Positions 10,393 to 19,423 of a stretch of DNA of 64,000 nt are shown piece by piece. Source of the stretch: an uncultured cyanobacterium (GTDB lineage Bacteria; Cyanobacteriota; Cyanobacteriia; PCC-9006; JAAUQQ01); the NCBI GenBank assembly GCA_963718615.1, contig OY970368.1, forward strand, positions 4,768,001 to 4,832,000. The letters run 5' to 3'. A model generated the notes under the pieces. It saw only the letters and a list, made by a program, of their open reading frames with translations. It ran no database searches and had not been told where the DNA came from. Every line of letters begins with the position of its first letter. The first letter of the stretch is position 1. The position numbers and the translations under genes were made by a program.

Positions 10393-10794
10393 ATGTTTAA
10401 GTTTTCCGGTACCCGTCCCAGCAACTTGGGTGCTAAAGAAGGCCGTTTAGCGCCAGTGCCGAGCTCTCCCAATTGCGTGTCGAGTCAAGCGCCCGCAAGC
10501 GACAAGGAACACTACATCGAACCCTTGCGCTATGGCGGTAGTGGGGCAGAGGCGATCGCCAAAATCAAAACCCTGATCACCGCCATGGAACGCGCCGAAA
10601 TCATCACCGAAAACCCCAACTATCTCTACGCCGAATTCACCACCAAACTCATGGGCTTCGTCGATGACGTCGAGTTCTACGCCGATGACGCTAGCCAAAC
10701 CCTCCACATGCGTTCCGCCTCTCGCCTCGGCAAATCTGACCTTGGCCTCAACCGCCAGCGCATTGAAGAAATTCGTGCGCGGTTTAACAGCTAG
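10393..10794 (+). CDS. DUF1499 family protein
   Basis: PSSPNCVSSQ, FVDDVEF and RSASRLGKSDLGLNRQR motifs. Confidence 0.9.
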   Translation: MFKFSGTRPSNLGAKEGRLAPVPSSPNCVSSQAPASDKEHYIEPLRYGGSGAEAIAKIKTLITAMERAEIITENPNYLYAEFTTKLMGFVDDVEFYADDASQTLHMRSASRLGKSDLGLNRQRIEEIRARFNS

Positions 10795-10924
10795 TTGCAT
10801 TTTCTGTAACTGTTGCCATCATGGCTCACCCTCTGTGACAGATTAGAGTCATCGGAGCCATCAATTCCTGGTGAGACCTACTAGGCTCTGGCATTTTGTT
10901 TTTCCTGTGAGGAACTGCTTCACC

Positions 10925-11653
10925 ATGCTGCATTCACTTCGTCCCCTCTTGCTCCCTTGGCTAGCCCCCGTTGCTGCGATCGCCATGACGATTCCCCTGT
11001 CTGCCACACCCGCTACCACCCAAGAAATGTTGCGCACGCTCACCGTGACCGGTCGCGGCATCGAAGAAGTTGTCACGACCAAGGCCCAAGTCAATCTTGG
11101 CATCGAAGTCCAGGGCCAAACCGCTGAAGAAGCCCAAACGGAAGCCGCTAAACGCTCCAATGCGGTGGTGGATTTGCTTAAAAATCGCCGCGTGGAAAAA
11201 TTACAGACCACCGGCATCAACCTCAGCCCTCGCTATAACTACGAAAATGGCAAGCAGGAGCTAGTGGGTTTTACCGCAATCAATACCGTCAGCTTCCGGG
11301 TTCCCAATGCCCAAGCGGGAGAAATTATGGATGATGCGGTCAATGCCGGGGCGACTCGCATCGACAATATTAGTTTTGTGGCGGAAGATAACGCGATCGC
11401 CACCGCCCAAAAACAAGCCCTCAAGGAGGCCACCACCGACGCCCGCCAACAGGCCGATGCGGTCCTCGAAGCCCTGAACTTTACCGCCAAGGAAATTGTC
11501 AGCATTCAGGTCAATGGCGCAGCCACCCCCCCGCCGATCTTCCTAGCCAAAAATCAATTGATGGAAGCTAGAGCCGCCGATGCGGCCCCAACCCCTGTAA
11601 TTGGCGGAGAACAAGAGGTCCAAGCCTCCGTAACGCTCCAGATTCGTTACTAA
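10925..11653 (+). CDS. SIMPL (DUF541) domain periplasmic protein
   Basis: Signal peptide, then RTLTVTGRG and AVNAGATRIDNISF; C-terminal EQEVQASVTLQIRY. Confidence 0.88.
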   Translation: MLHSLRPLLLPWLAPVAAIAMTIPLSATPATTQEMLRTLTVTGRGIEEVVTTKAQVNLGIEVQGQTAEEAQTEAAKRSNAVVDLLKNRRVEKLQTTGINLSPRYNYENGKQELVGFTAINTVSFRVPNAQAGEIMDDAVNAGATRIDNISFVAEDNAIATAQKQALKEATTDARQQADAVLEALNFTAKEIVSIQVNGAATPPPIFLAKNQLMEARAADAAPTPVIGGEQEVQASVTLQIRY

Positions 11654-11674
11654 AGCAAAACTAGAGCACAATCC

Positions 11675-12046
11675 CTAGAACTCCTCAAAGTCCCCACCCC
11701 CCATGGCATTGGCGGCAGAGTCCGTATCCCGTTTGGAGCCGAGCAAATCCATTCGATTGACACGGATGACGGGGCTGGTGCGCTGGGCTCCCGTATTGCG
11801 ATCGCTCCAACTCTCAAACTTCAGACTGCCGCTGATCCCAATCAAGCTGCCCTTGCGCACATAGTCCGCCGCCACTTGGGCCGTCCGCCCCCAAATCTCT
11901 AAACGAAACCAGTCCGGCTCATCGTTATTCCGCGAAACGCGGTTGACCGCTAGGGAAAGATTGCAAACTACGCTACCCGATTCAAAGTACCGGACGTCAG
12001 GGTCTCCCCCCACTCTTCCAACCAAATTGACAATATTTAAGCTCAT
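11675..12046 (-). CDS. ssb: Single-stranded DNA-binding protein
   Basis: MSLNIVNLVGRVGGDPDVRYFESG...YVRKGSLIG OB fold with acidic tail DFEEF; the start is ATG 12046 rather than 12412. Confidence 0.95.
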   Translation of the reverse strand: MSLNIVNLVGRVGGDPDVRYFESGSVVCNLSLAVNRVSRNNDEPDWFRLEIWGRTAQVAADYVRKGSLIGISGSLKFESWSDRNTGAQRTSPVIRVNRMDLLGSKRDTDSAANAMGGGDFEEF

Positions 12047-12509
12047 GGCGTCACACGGTTGTCTGTATCGCTTGTCTATATCGCTCTTTCCATTGTGGCG
12101 AAAAGAGGACACGAATGTGGCGCGAATGTAGCAAAAAGGGGCAACAAATGCCGCAGGGCCTGAGTCACGACCGCTCACCGACTGATTATCAAGTTTGGTG
12201 AATACGACCCACCGTAGGACCCGCTCAATTTCTGTCAAATATCCTGTAGAGTGTCGGGTAAGCAGTCCTATAAAATTTGAGGATAAATTCTCAGGAAAAA
12301 AGTTTTTCTCGCATTCTTTGCAAGATCTGAGACCAAGTGAATTTTCTGAGGGATTTGTCGTCAAATATCTAGACGATTTGCCAATCAGCGTAATAAAATC
12401 CACACTCAACAAGACATTCGCGATCGCTATTCGATTGGGTCAGGGTGGGATAGGCTGTCTTGTATGAAAAATCGGTCTTCATAGGCAATTAGTAGGGGGC
12501 GAATTATCC

Positions 12510-13550
12510 GTGGCCTTTTGGAAACGCCTATCGCTAACGCGAGGCATCGGCATCGATCTGGGCACTGCCAACACCCTGGTATACGTTTCAGGCAAGGGCA
12601 TTGTTCTACAAGAACCATCCGTAGTTGCCATCGACAAAAAAACAGATGCCCCCTTGGCAGTCGGTGAAGACGCAAAAAAAATGTTGGGTCGAACCCCCGA
12701 CAGCATCGTGGCATTGCGTCCACTCCGGGATGGGGTAATTGCGGACTTTGATGTCGCAGAAATGATGCTAAAACGCTTCATTGAGCGCGTCGATGATGGC
12801 CAAGGCCTGATTCGGCCTCGGGTGGTTATTGGGATTCCTAGCGGTGTGACCGGTGTTGAGCGCCGTGCCGTCATGGAAGCTGCTTCCCAAGCCGGTGCCC
12901 GTGAGGTCTATTTGATTGATGAACCGGTGGCCGCTGCCATCGGGGCGGGCTTGCCCGTCGCTGAACCCACCGGCAACATGATTATCGACATTGGGGGGGG
13001 CACCACCGAAGTTGCGGTCCTGAGCTTGCAGGGCATCGTCCTCAGTCAATCGGTGCGGGTCGCAGGGGATGAGCTGAGCGAGTCGATTACCCAGTACATG
13101 AAAAAGGTTCACAACCTGATCATTGGGGAGCGGACCGCTGAAGAAATCAAGATTCAGATTGGTTCCGCCTATCCTTCTAAAGATGCAGACGAAGCCGCCT
13201 TAGAGGTTCGCGGTTTGCACATGCTGTCGGGATTGCCCCGAACCGTCGTGGTCAAAGGCCCGGAAATTCGCGAAAGCATGTCTGAGCCCCTGTCGGTGAT
13301 TGTGGAATCGGTCAAGCGAACCCTCGAAACCACGCCCCCGGAATTGGCTGCGGACATTATCGATCGCGGCATTATGCTGGCGGGCGGCGGTGCCTTGCTC
13401 AAGGGACTCGATACGCTGATCAGTCACGAAACCGGCATTGTCACCCATGTTGCAGCGGATCCGCTGAGCTGCGTGGTGCTGGGAACCGGACGGGTTTTAG
13501 AGAACTTCAAAGAACTCGATCGCGTCTTCAGCTCCCACAGCCGTATCTAA
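12510..13550 (+). CDS. mreB: Rod shape-determining protein MreB
   Basis: GIDLGTANT, DIGGGTTE and LAGGGALL actin-fold motifs. Confidence 0.98.
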   Translation: MAFWKRLSLTRGIGIDLGTANTLVYVSGKGIVLQEPSVVAIDKKTDAPLAVGEDAKKMLGRTPDSIVALRPLRDGVIADFDVAEMMLKRFIERVDDGQGLIRPRVVIGIPSGVTGVERRAVMEAASQAGAREVYLIDEPVAAAIGAGLPVAEPTGNMIIDIGGGTTEVAVLSLQGIVLSQSVRVAGDELSESITQYMKKVHNLIIGERTAEEIKIQIGSAYPSKDADEAALEVRGLHMLSGLPRTVVVKGPEIRESMSEPLSVIVESVKRTLETTPPELAADIIDRGIMLAGGGALLKGLDTLISHETGIVTHVAADPLSCVVLGTGRVLENFKELDRVFSSHSRI

Positions 13551-13721
13551 ACCGCTCAACGCAGTCTCCCTATCTCCCCCAGGCGTCAAAGGATCGAGTC
13601 AAAGGATCCTTTAGCGCTTGGGGAATTGGGGGGATTGCAAATTCAGTACAGCGCCACTTTAGCTCTAGAATACTGTCCTGGAGTTCAGCAACAGAGCTGA
13701 AAGGCGGGTGGAAGGTTTCTT

Positions 13722-14513
13722 ATGCTCAACCAGTGGTGGAATCAGTACTGGGCCAGAGCTGCCCTTGTGGGTAGTTTGTTAGGAATGGCCTGGTTTTTGC
13801 GACAGACCCAAGGGGCTGCCCTGGAGGAGCTGTATTTTTATGCAACCGAGCCGCTGCGGTTTCGCTCGGGGCCGCCTGCCGAATGGTTGGCGGATGCACG
13901 CACGATGGAATTGCAGGAACGCTTGCTTGAGCTAGAAGTCCAAAATGAGCGTTTGCAAGAACTGCTCGATACCGTTGAGCAGGCCAAGAAAAAAGGCAAT
14001 ATCCTGATTCCGGCTCCCATTATTGGTCGTTCTGCGGATCAGTGGTGGCAGCAGGTGCGACTTGGGCGAGGCAGCAGTCACGGTTTGGGAAAAGGGTCCG
14101 CGATTACCGCCGCTGGCGGCTTAGTCGGCTATGTTGTCCAGGCGACCCCGAACACGAGTAAGGTTTTATTAATCAGTGACCCCAGCAGTAGCGTAGGAGC
14201 GATGGTCGTCCGCAATCGCAGCCAAGGCTATATTCGGGGTCTATCCACCGATGAAGTGGAAATGAGCTTTTTTGATAAGGATCCGGGCGTGCAAAAGGGA
14301 GATGTGATTGTGACGTCGGCCTCCAGTACCTTGTTTGCCCCTGGAATTCCTATCGGGATTGTGCAGGAGGTGCAGCTCAATGCCAGTCCCGTTCCCAAGG
14401 CAGTGATTCGCTTAAATGCACCGATTGGGCGCTTGGAATGGGTTACGGCCTCTCCTCCCCGCTCCTTTGCGGTGCCTGCTTCCTCGCCCCCTACGGAACC
14501 TTCAGCGCCATGA
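13722..14513 (+). CDS. mreC: Rod shape-determining protein MreC
   Basis: TM segment, coiled coil and GDVIVTS...FAPGIPIG; lies between mreB and mreD. Confidence 0.93.
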   Translation: MLNQWWNQYWARAALVGSLLGMAWFLRQTQGAALEELYFYATEPLRFRSGPPAEWLADARTMELQERLLELEVQNERLQELLDTVEQAKKKGNILIPAPIIGRSADQWWQQVRLGRGSSHGLGKGSAITAAGGLVGYVVQATPNTSKVLLISDPSSSVGAMVVRNRSQGYIRGLSTDEVEMSFFDKDPGVQKGDVIVTSASSTLFAPGIPIGIVQEVQLNASPVPKAVIRLNAPIGRLEWVTASPPRSFAVPASSPPTEPSAP

Positions 14514-15211
14514 TGTCAGCGATGATGTTTCTGCACCGACTGCGGGTGCCTAAATTTCTTCAGCCTCAACCGCCGGCTTTAAATGGATTGATTGTGGCAG
14601 GGTCGGTTTTAGTGCTCCTCCTGCTCCTGCCGATGCGGTTGCCCGGTACGCAAATTGCGGGGGTGGGGGCCAATTGGCTGCTGATTTGGGTGGTCGCTTG
14701 GAGTATTCGGCGGAATGCAGTTCAGGGGGCGATCGCCGGTGTGGTTCTCGGACTCATTCAAGATGCCATGACCGGCCCCGACCCCAGCCATGTGCTTAGC
14801 TTGGCATTGGTGGGGGCGCTGACGGCGATGCTGCAAAAACAGCGCTACATCCAAGAAGATTTTATTTCCGTCGCAATGATTGTCTTTGGCATGGCAATTT
14901 TGGCGGAAACGGTTTTGGCGCTTCAGCTCACGCTGATTGCCCAGGATACAAGCTGGACAGATTTGGCGGGAATTAATTCGGAGGTGGGCAATTTTTCCGT
15001 GGGCGACAGCTTGCTCCAGTCCGAAATTAATACTTCTAGTACCACAGACCAGGTGGTCCGAGCCGGTTATACCCCGGCTGAAATTTGGACCCGCCACCAA
15101 CGGATTGCCCTCAGCTCTGCCATTGTCAGCAGCCTCTGGGCTCCGGTGATTTCCTATCCGCTCAATCGCTGGTGGGAATGGTTTGGGCGGTTTCAGGAAA
15201 CCGCTCGCTAG
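14510..15211 (+). CDS. mreD: Rod shape-determining protein MreD
   Basis: NWLLIWVVAWS, LGLIQD and QKQRYIQEDFIS motifs; ATGA overlap with the mreC stop. Confidence 0.9.
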   Translation: MMSAMMFLHRLRVPKFLQPQPPALNGLIVAGSVLVLLLLLPMRLPGTQIAGVGANWLLIWVVAWSIRRNAVQGAIAGVVLGLIQDAMTGPDPSHVLSLALVGALTAMLQKQRYIQEDFISVAMIVFGMAILAETVLALQLTLIAQDTSWTDLAGINSEVGNFSVGDSLLQSEINTSSTTDQVVRAGYTPAEIWTRHQRIALSSAIVSSLWAPVISYPLNRWWEWFGRFQETAR

Positions 15212-15249
15212 TGACCGCTCGCTAGTGACCGTTTGCTAGTAGCAGACGG

Positions 15250-16089
15250 CTAGTTACAATCGCGGGCGATCGCCATCACTGCTGAAATGTCCTGGGTGAG
15301 CGTTGTCAAATTGGGATGCACGGCATGGGGCTGGAGATCTTCCAGATAGGTGCTGCTGCGGATGCCGCAGGTAAGGGCGATCGCCGGAATACCCAAACGC
15401 TGCGCCGCAATCACATCCGCCTCCGTATCACCAATCATCCAAGCAGACTTGCCCTTCCCTGAGCCCAATTGTTGCTGCTGGTCTGCCAACGCCCGTTCTA
15501 GCAGAACTGTTTTCAGGTCCGTGTAGTTCTGGTAGGCCGCTTGAATATCCTGAGTGCCATAGATCCCGTCAAAACAGTCCTGCAACCCATGGGTATGGAG
15601 AAACTGGTGAACCTGGGATTCGTGCCGTAGGGTAACGAGGACAATGCGCAACCCTTCCTGCTGGAGTTGCAGTAGCGCTTGGGCCACCTCGGGCTGGGGT
15701 AAATCGCGGCGGAGCAACGCTGGGCAACAATTTACCAATTCCTTGACCTGCTCCAGGAACACCTGGATTTGCTCGCCCCGTAAGCCCGACCGTAGGGCAA
15801 TTTCCCCGTCTGGAATTCGAGCCTGCTTCATGCGCCAAAATTCTGCTTTGCCCATGGGGGTCAACCGCAACCCCACCCCGGTTTGGGCATATCGACGACG
15901 GGTGCGGGCCAGCGCCAGCAGATAGGTACTGTGGTAGCGACCGGAAACATCCACAATAGGGCCATCAAAATCACAGAAGAGCGTTGTTCCGGTTTCAATG
16001 GGGGGAAGCCTGGTGCCCGTAGGTTTACTGTATGATTCCGTCGAACCCTTGCGACACCATCGCCCAAATGCAGCAGAGGGTCGGAGCAT
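15250..16089 (-). CDS. HAD-superfamily hydrolase (start uncertain)
   Basis: FCDFDGPIVDVS motif I and WMIGDTEADV motif IV. Confidence 0.88.
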   Translation of the reverse strand: MLRPSAAFGRWCRKGSTESYSKPTGTRLPPIETGTTLFCDFDGPIVDVSGRYHSTYLLALARTRRRYAQTGVGLRLTPMGKAEFWRMKQARIPDGEIALRSGLRGEQIQVFLEQVKELVNCCPALLRRDLPQPEVAQALLQLQQEGLRIVLVTLRHESQVHQFLHTHGLQDCFDGIYGTQDIQAAYQNYTDLKTVLLERALADQQQQLGSGKGKSAWMIGDTEADVIAAQRLGIPAIALTCGIRSSTYLEDLQPHAVHPNLTTLTQDISAVMAIARDCN

Positions 16090-16411
16090 CCACAAATCCA
16101 AAGGCGTCCAATACACAGGTAAGCCCAAAATCTTTAACTTTTCTTAATATAGCCGATTGATGACCCTATGGTCATGGATTCCGGAGGGGTGAGGCCCAGC
16201 GGACTAGGCAGATTTGAAAAAATGGGGTAATAATGTAGGGTAGCAGAGCATCGAAACACGCCTCACATCCTGTGAGTTCGCTGATGGCTCACCATTCAAG
16301 GGTTTGCCAAAGTGTGGATTCGAACCAGTTTGCGTTTCAGGCTGGGTTCTGTATTTACGGAAGGGTGATACGGCCAATTGAAGCCGTTGGTCTAAAAACC
16401 GACTCAATGAC

Positions 16412-16439
16412 TTGACAGTCCGAAATAGCCTGCTAGGCT
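16412..16439 (+). promoter_or_regulatory. Sigma70-type promoter candidate
   Basis: TTGACA (16412-16417), 16-nt spacer ending TGC, then TAGGCT (16434-16439). Confidence 0.45.
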
Positions 16440-16626
16440 ACCTAGCAAGTCATTAACCGCTCATTCAACTGATTTCGTGGATTAGGAATTGGGATCGCTT
16501 CTATCCATGGCGTCGGCTGACGATTCCATCAGTTTGGGTTGAATTGAACCGGTTGTTTGGAGATGATCGCGACGGTTGATGGGGCTGTTTATGCCCGGTC
16601 ACTCAATGTTGATTTTTTAGTTATTT

Positions 16627-16824
16627 ATGCGTGAAACCACTTCGAGGGAAAACCTCTTTGATCTTGACTCCTTAGCCAAAAGCCACTGGCGTTCTCGAAT
16701 TAATCAATTTAAGCGTGAACTGCGGGCCTCGCAAGGTCGTCCTGTTGTTACTTCGGTCGGCCCTCGCCGTCGATTTTCGCCCAAACGGCAGCCCGGTCGC
16801 CCCATTGCTCAGTCGCTCCCCTAG
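16627..16824 (+). CDS. Possible 65-aa basic small protein
   Basis: ATG-started Arg-rich ORF in an otherwise empty gap, downstream of the promoter candidate and convergent with the IMPase gene; no recognised family. Confidence 0.35.
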   Translation: MRETTSRENLFDLDSLAKSHWRSRINQFKRELRASQGRPVVTSVGPRRRFSPKRQPGRPIAQSLP

Positions 16825-16836
16825 ATTTTCCGTCGT

Positions 16837-17772
16837 CTAGCTCTGGACTATCCCTTGAACAAAGGGTTGAAAGCGGTCAAAGAGCTGAGGCGTTGCAAGA
16901 ACAAGGGTTGGATAAGAAACCGTTCGATAGTTTTGATAGGGAATGAGCGGAAAGGGAGACGGCTCGTTCGCGCAATTGGATATTGCTGCCTCAGCGCTTC
17001 TGCCTTCGGCGCTTTTGTCTTCAGAGATTCCATAGGGTTGAGTCAGGGAAACCCAGGTTGCACCGGCAGCTTGGGCGATCGCCCACACCGCAGCAATATC
17101 CCAAACTTTAGGCGTTGCCTCCACACCCCCTAGGGTTGCTCCCCTCGCAACACTCAACATGTTGTAAGTTGCTACGCCAAGCATTCGAATCTTGCAGGGA
17201 AAAGAAACGTCCCGCACAGAGTCCTGCTGTAGTGATGAAATGCTCCTGGTGCAAAAACTGAATAAGCAATTGGCATTCAGATCATCGCGATAGGTCTGGA
17301 TGCTTTTTTGCGGGGCTTGGCCCAGACGGATATAGGCTCCTTGGGGACCTTGCAGAGCCAGGGGAAGTGTACTGTTTTGATACCAATACCCATAAAAGGC
17401 TTCGTTTAGCGGCGGAATTGCCACATAGCCAAACACTGGCGTTCCGCGATAGAGCAGCCCCAGGGAAATGCCCCACAGCGGGATACCTTGGGCAAAGTTG
17501 GTTGTGCCATCGAGGGGGTCAATCACCCAGCACCAGTCATTGTTGGGAAAGACGTGGGTGGTTTCTTCGCTGAGGATGCCGTGGTCGGGAAATTGCTGGG
17601 CGATCGCCCCTCGAATCCTCTCGTCGGACCACTGGTCGGCCTGGGTGACCAAACTACCATCGCTTTTTTCTTGGGCCTGAACCTGGCCAAAATCCGCCAG
17701 CAGTCGCTGACCGACTTCATCGGCCAGGGTTTGGGAAAACGTCAGAACCGCAGGCCAAAAAGATGGGGACAT
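16837..17772 (-). CDS. Inositol monophosphatase family protein
   Basis: SLVTQAD, ILSEE, WVIDPLDGTTNF and WDIAA motifs. Confidence 0.93.
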   Translation of the reverse strand: MSPSFWPAVLTFSQTLADEVGQRLLADFGQVQAQEKSDGSLVTQADQWSDERIRGAIAQQFPDHGILSEETTHVFPNNDWCWVIDPLDGTTNFAQGIPLWGISLGLLYRGTPVFGYVAIPPLNEAFYGYWYQNSTLPLALQGPQGAYIRLGQAPQKSIQTYRDDLNANCLFSFCTRSISSLQQDSVRDVSFPCKIRMLGVATYNMLSVARGATLGGVEATPKVWDIAAVWAIAQAAGATWVSLTQPYGISEDKSAEGRSAEAAISNCANEPSPFPLIPYQNYRTVSYPTLVLATPQLFDRFQPFVQGIVQS

Positions 17773-17846
17773 CGTTGTACTCGGGAATAAAATCCAGGGA
17801 ATAAAATTTGGGAGATGAAAGCCAGAAGATGAAAGAAACCGTCGCG

Positions 17847-19343
17847 CTAGCCGTCTAATTCTCCTTCTAAAGCTGCCGCGATCGCCGCTTTGGCCGTCAT
17901 CTGAAACTCATGGACATTCACCCGGTTGATCAGGGCGATCGCCACCAACATCCCCACTGCCTGAGTCACAAAAACCAGAGCATAGGCGGGCAACAGTTGG
18001 GACTCTGGAATCGGCTGACCGCCGGAAAACAGCCCCATCAGCCGTTTACCGAGATCTAAGAGACCACCACCCAGGACCGTGGCGCTGCCTCGGGCGATCG
18101 CCTGGGCGAGTCCCCAGGCCCCAATAAACGTTCCGGCGGTGGCGGTAGCCGTGAGGTCGAGCATTAAGACAATCGAACCGGTGGTCAGCACGCCAGAAGC
18201 TAAACCAAATAACAACACCGCGACCATCAGCATGGCGGGGTTAGCCGTGGTCCCTGCCAGGATAATCAGCAGGAGGCAGACCGCAGCGGCTAAACAGCCC
18301 ACTTTAATCGTGCGTTTTTTACCCAGTCGAGGCGCTAGAAAAAAGCCCGTTAAAATAATGCCCGCCAGGGTTCCGAGGCCAAAATAGGCGTTGATTTTGG
18401 TGGTTTCAGCAATTTTCATGCCAAAGACCTGGCCCCCGTAGGGCTCTAGGACCGCATCTTGCATGAATAGGCTCAAACTCAGGACAAGCAAAAAGACAAA
18501 AAACAGCCCCGTTTGACGACTCGCCGTCAAAACCCGCAGGGATTGGCGCAGGGTAATGCTGTCTTCTCGACCACTGGCTTGAACGCGGCGGATGAGTCGG
18601 GAGTATTTTTTTTCGATACCGAAGGTGCTGGCGATCGCCAATCCACAAACGATCGCGGGTGCCACAATGAAAAGCCGATTGATCGAAGCCTGTAGCTCAG
18701 CAAAGGAAGGGGTATCCCCCAAGGATTTGAGCACCGTGGCGGTAATAATCACACCGGTAATAATTCCGACCATCAGCATCGCCCAGCCAATGCCCACGAG
18801 TTTGGGCCGGGTCTCTTCATCGGAAACATCCACCATCAGCGCTGTGAAGGGGGTTGAGGTGGCGCTTAGGGCCAAGCCATAGCCTGCAAATACCAATCCC
18901 AGGAGACCCACCCAAGGATAGGCCGCAGGCCCCCAACCCTGGGTTGCCACCACGGCACCGATTTGCCATACGACCTGAACTGCCGTAAACGCTAAAACGG
19001 CGACGGATAAAATACCGCACCAGATGTAGCCGCTGCGATGATGCCCGAGTAGGGGGGTGGCATCGGACATTTGGCCAAACCAGACGCGGGCTGGAGCCAT
19101 AAACTGATGGACCGCGATCGCCCCCGCCGCCACCAGAGCCGGAATCTTGAGTTCATCAATCATCACCCGATTGAGCACCCCCAGTGTCAGCAGGGACATG
19201 ATGCCCAATCCCATGTTGAAGACGCCCAAGCGCAGCATCGTCAGGAGGCTGAGTTTAGGGAGACCCGGAGAGTCTATCCCCAAGGCGGGGTTAGGCGTAG
19301 CACTGGAAAAATCAGAATTTTCCATGGGTTTAGCAACAAGCAA
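17847..19343 (-). CDS. BCD/PucC-family MFS transporter
   Basis: GVLNRVMIDEL, QDAVLEPYGG and AGTFIGAWGLAQA motifs. Confidence 0.92.
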   Translation of the reverse strand: MLVAKPMENSDFSSATPNPALGIDSPGLPKLSLLTMLRLGVFNMGLGIMSLLTLGVLNRVMIDELKIPALVAAGAIAVHQFMAPARVWFGQMSDATPLLGHHRSGYIWCGILSVAVLAFTAVQVVWQIGAVVATQGWGPAAYPWVGLLGLVFAGYGLALSATSTPFTALMVDVSDEETRPKLVGIGWAMLMVGIITGVIITATVLKSLGDTPSFAELQASINRLFIVAPAIVCGLAIASTFGIEKKYSRLIRRVQASGREDSITLRQSLRVLTASRQTGLFFVFLLVLSLSLFMQDAVLEPYGGQVFGMKIAETTKINAYFGLGTLAGIILTGFFLAPRLGKKRTIKVGCLAAAVCLLLIILAGTTANPAMLMVAVLLFGLASGVLTTGSIVLMLDLTATATAGTFIGAWGLAQAIARGSATVLGGGLLDLGKRLMGLFSGGQPIPESQLLPAYALVFVTQAVGMLVAIALINRVNVHEFQMTAKAAIAAALEGELDG

Positions 19344-19423
19344 GTTTCTTAATGGCTTGTTTTCACTATAAACCGCTACCTCACCCGTTCTCTTTCCTGG
19401 TTATGGTCAAGGGATCCCAAGGG

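Noticed and set aside
12047-12412. N-terminal extension of Ssb in the ORF track
   Set aside because: The extension spans the AT-rich divergent promoter region; the Ssb fold begins at ATG 12046.
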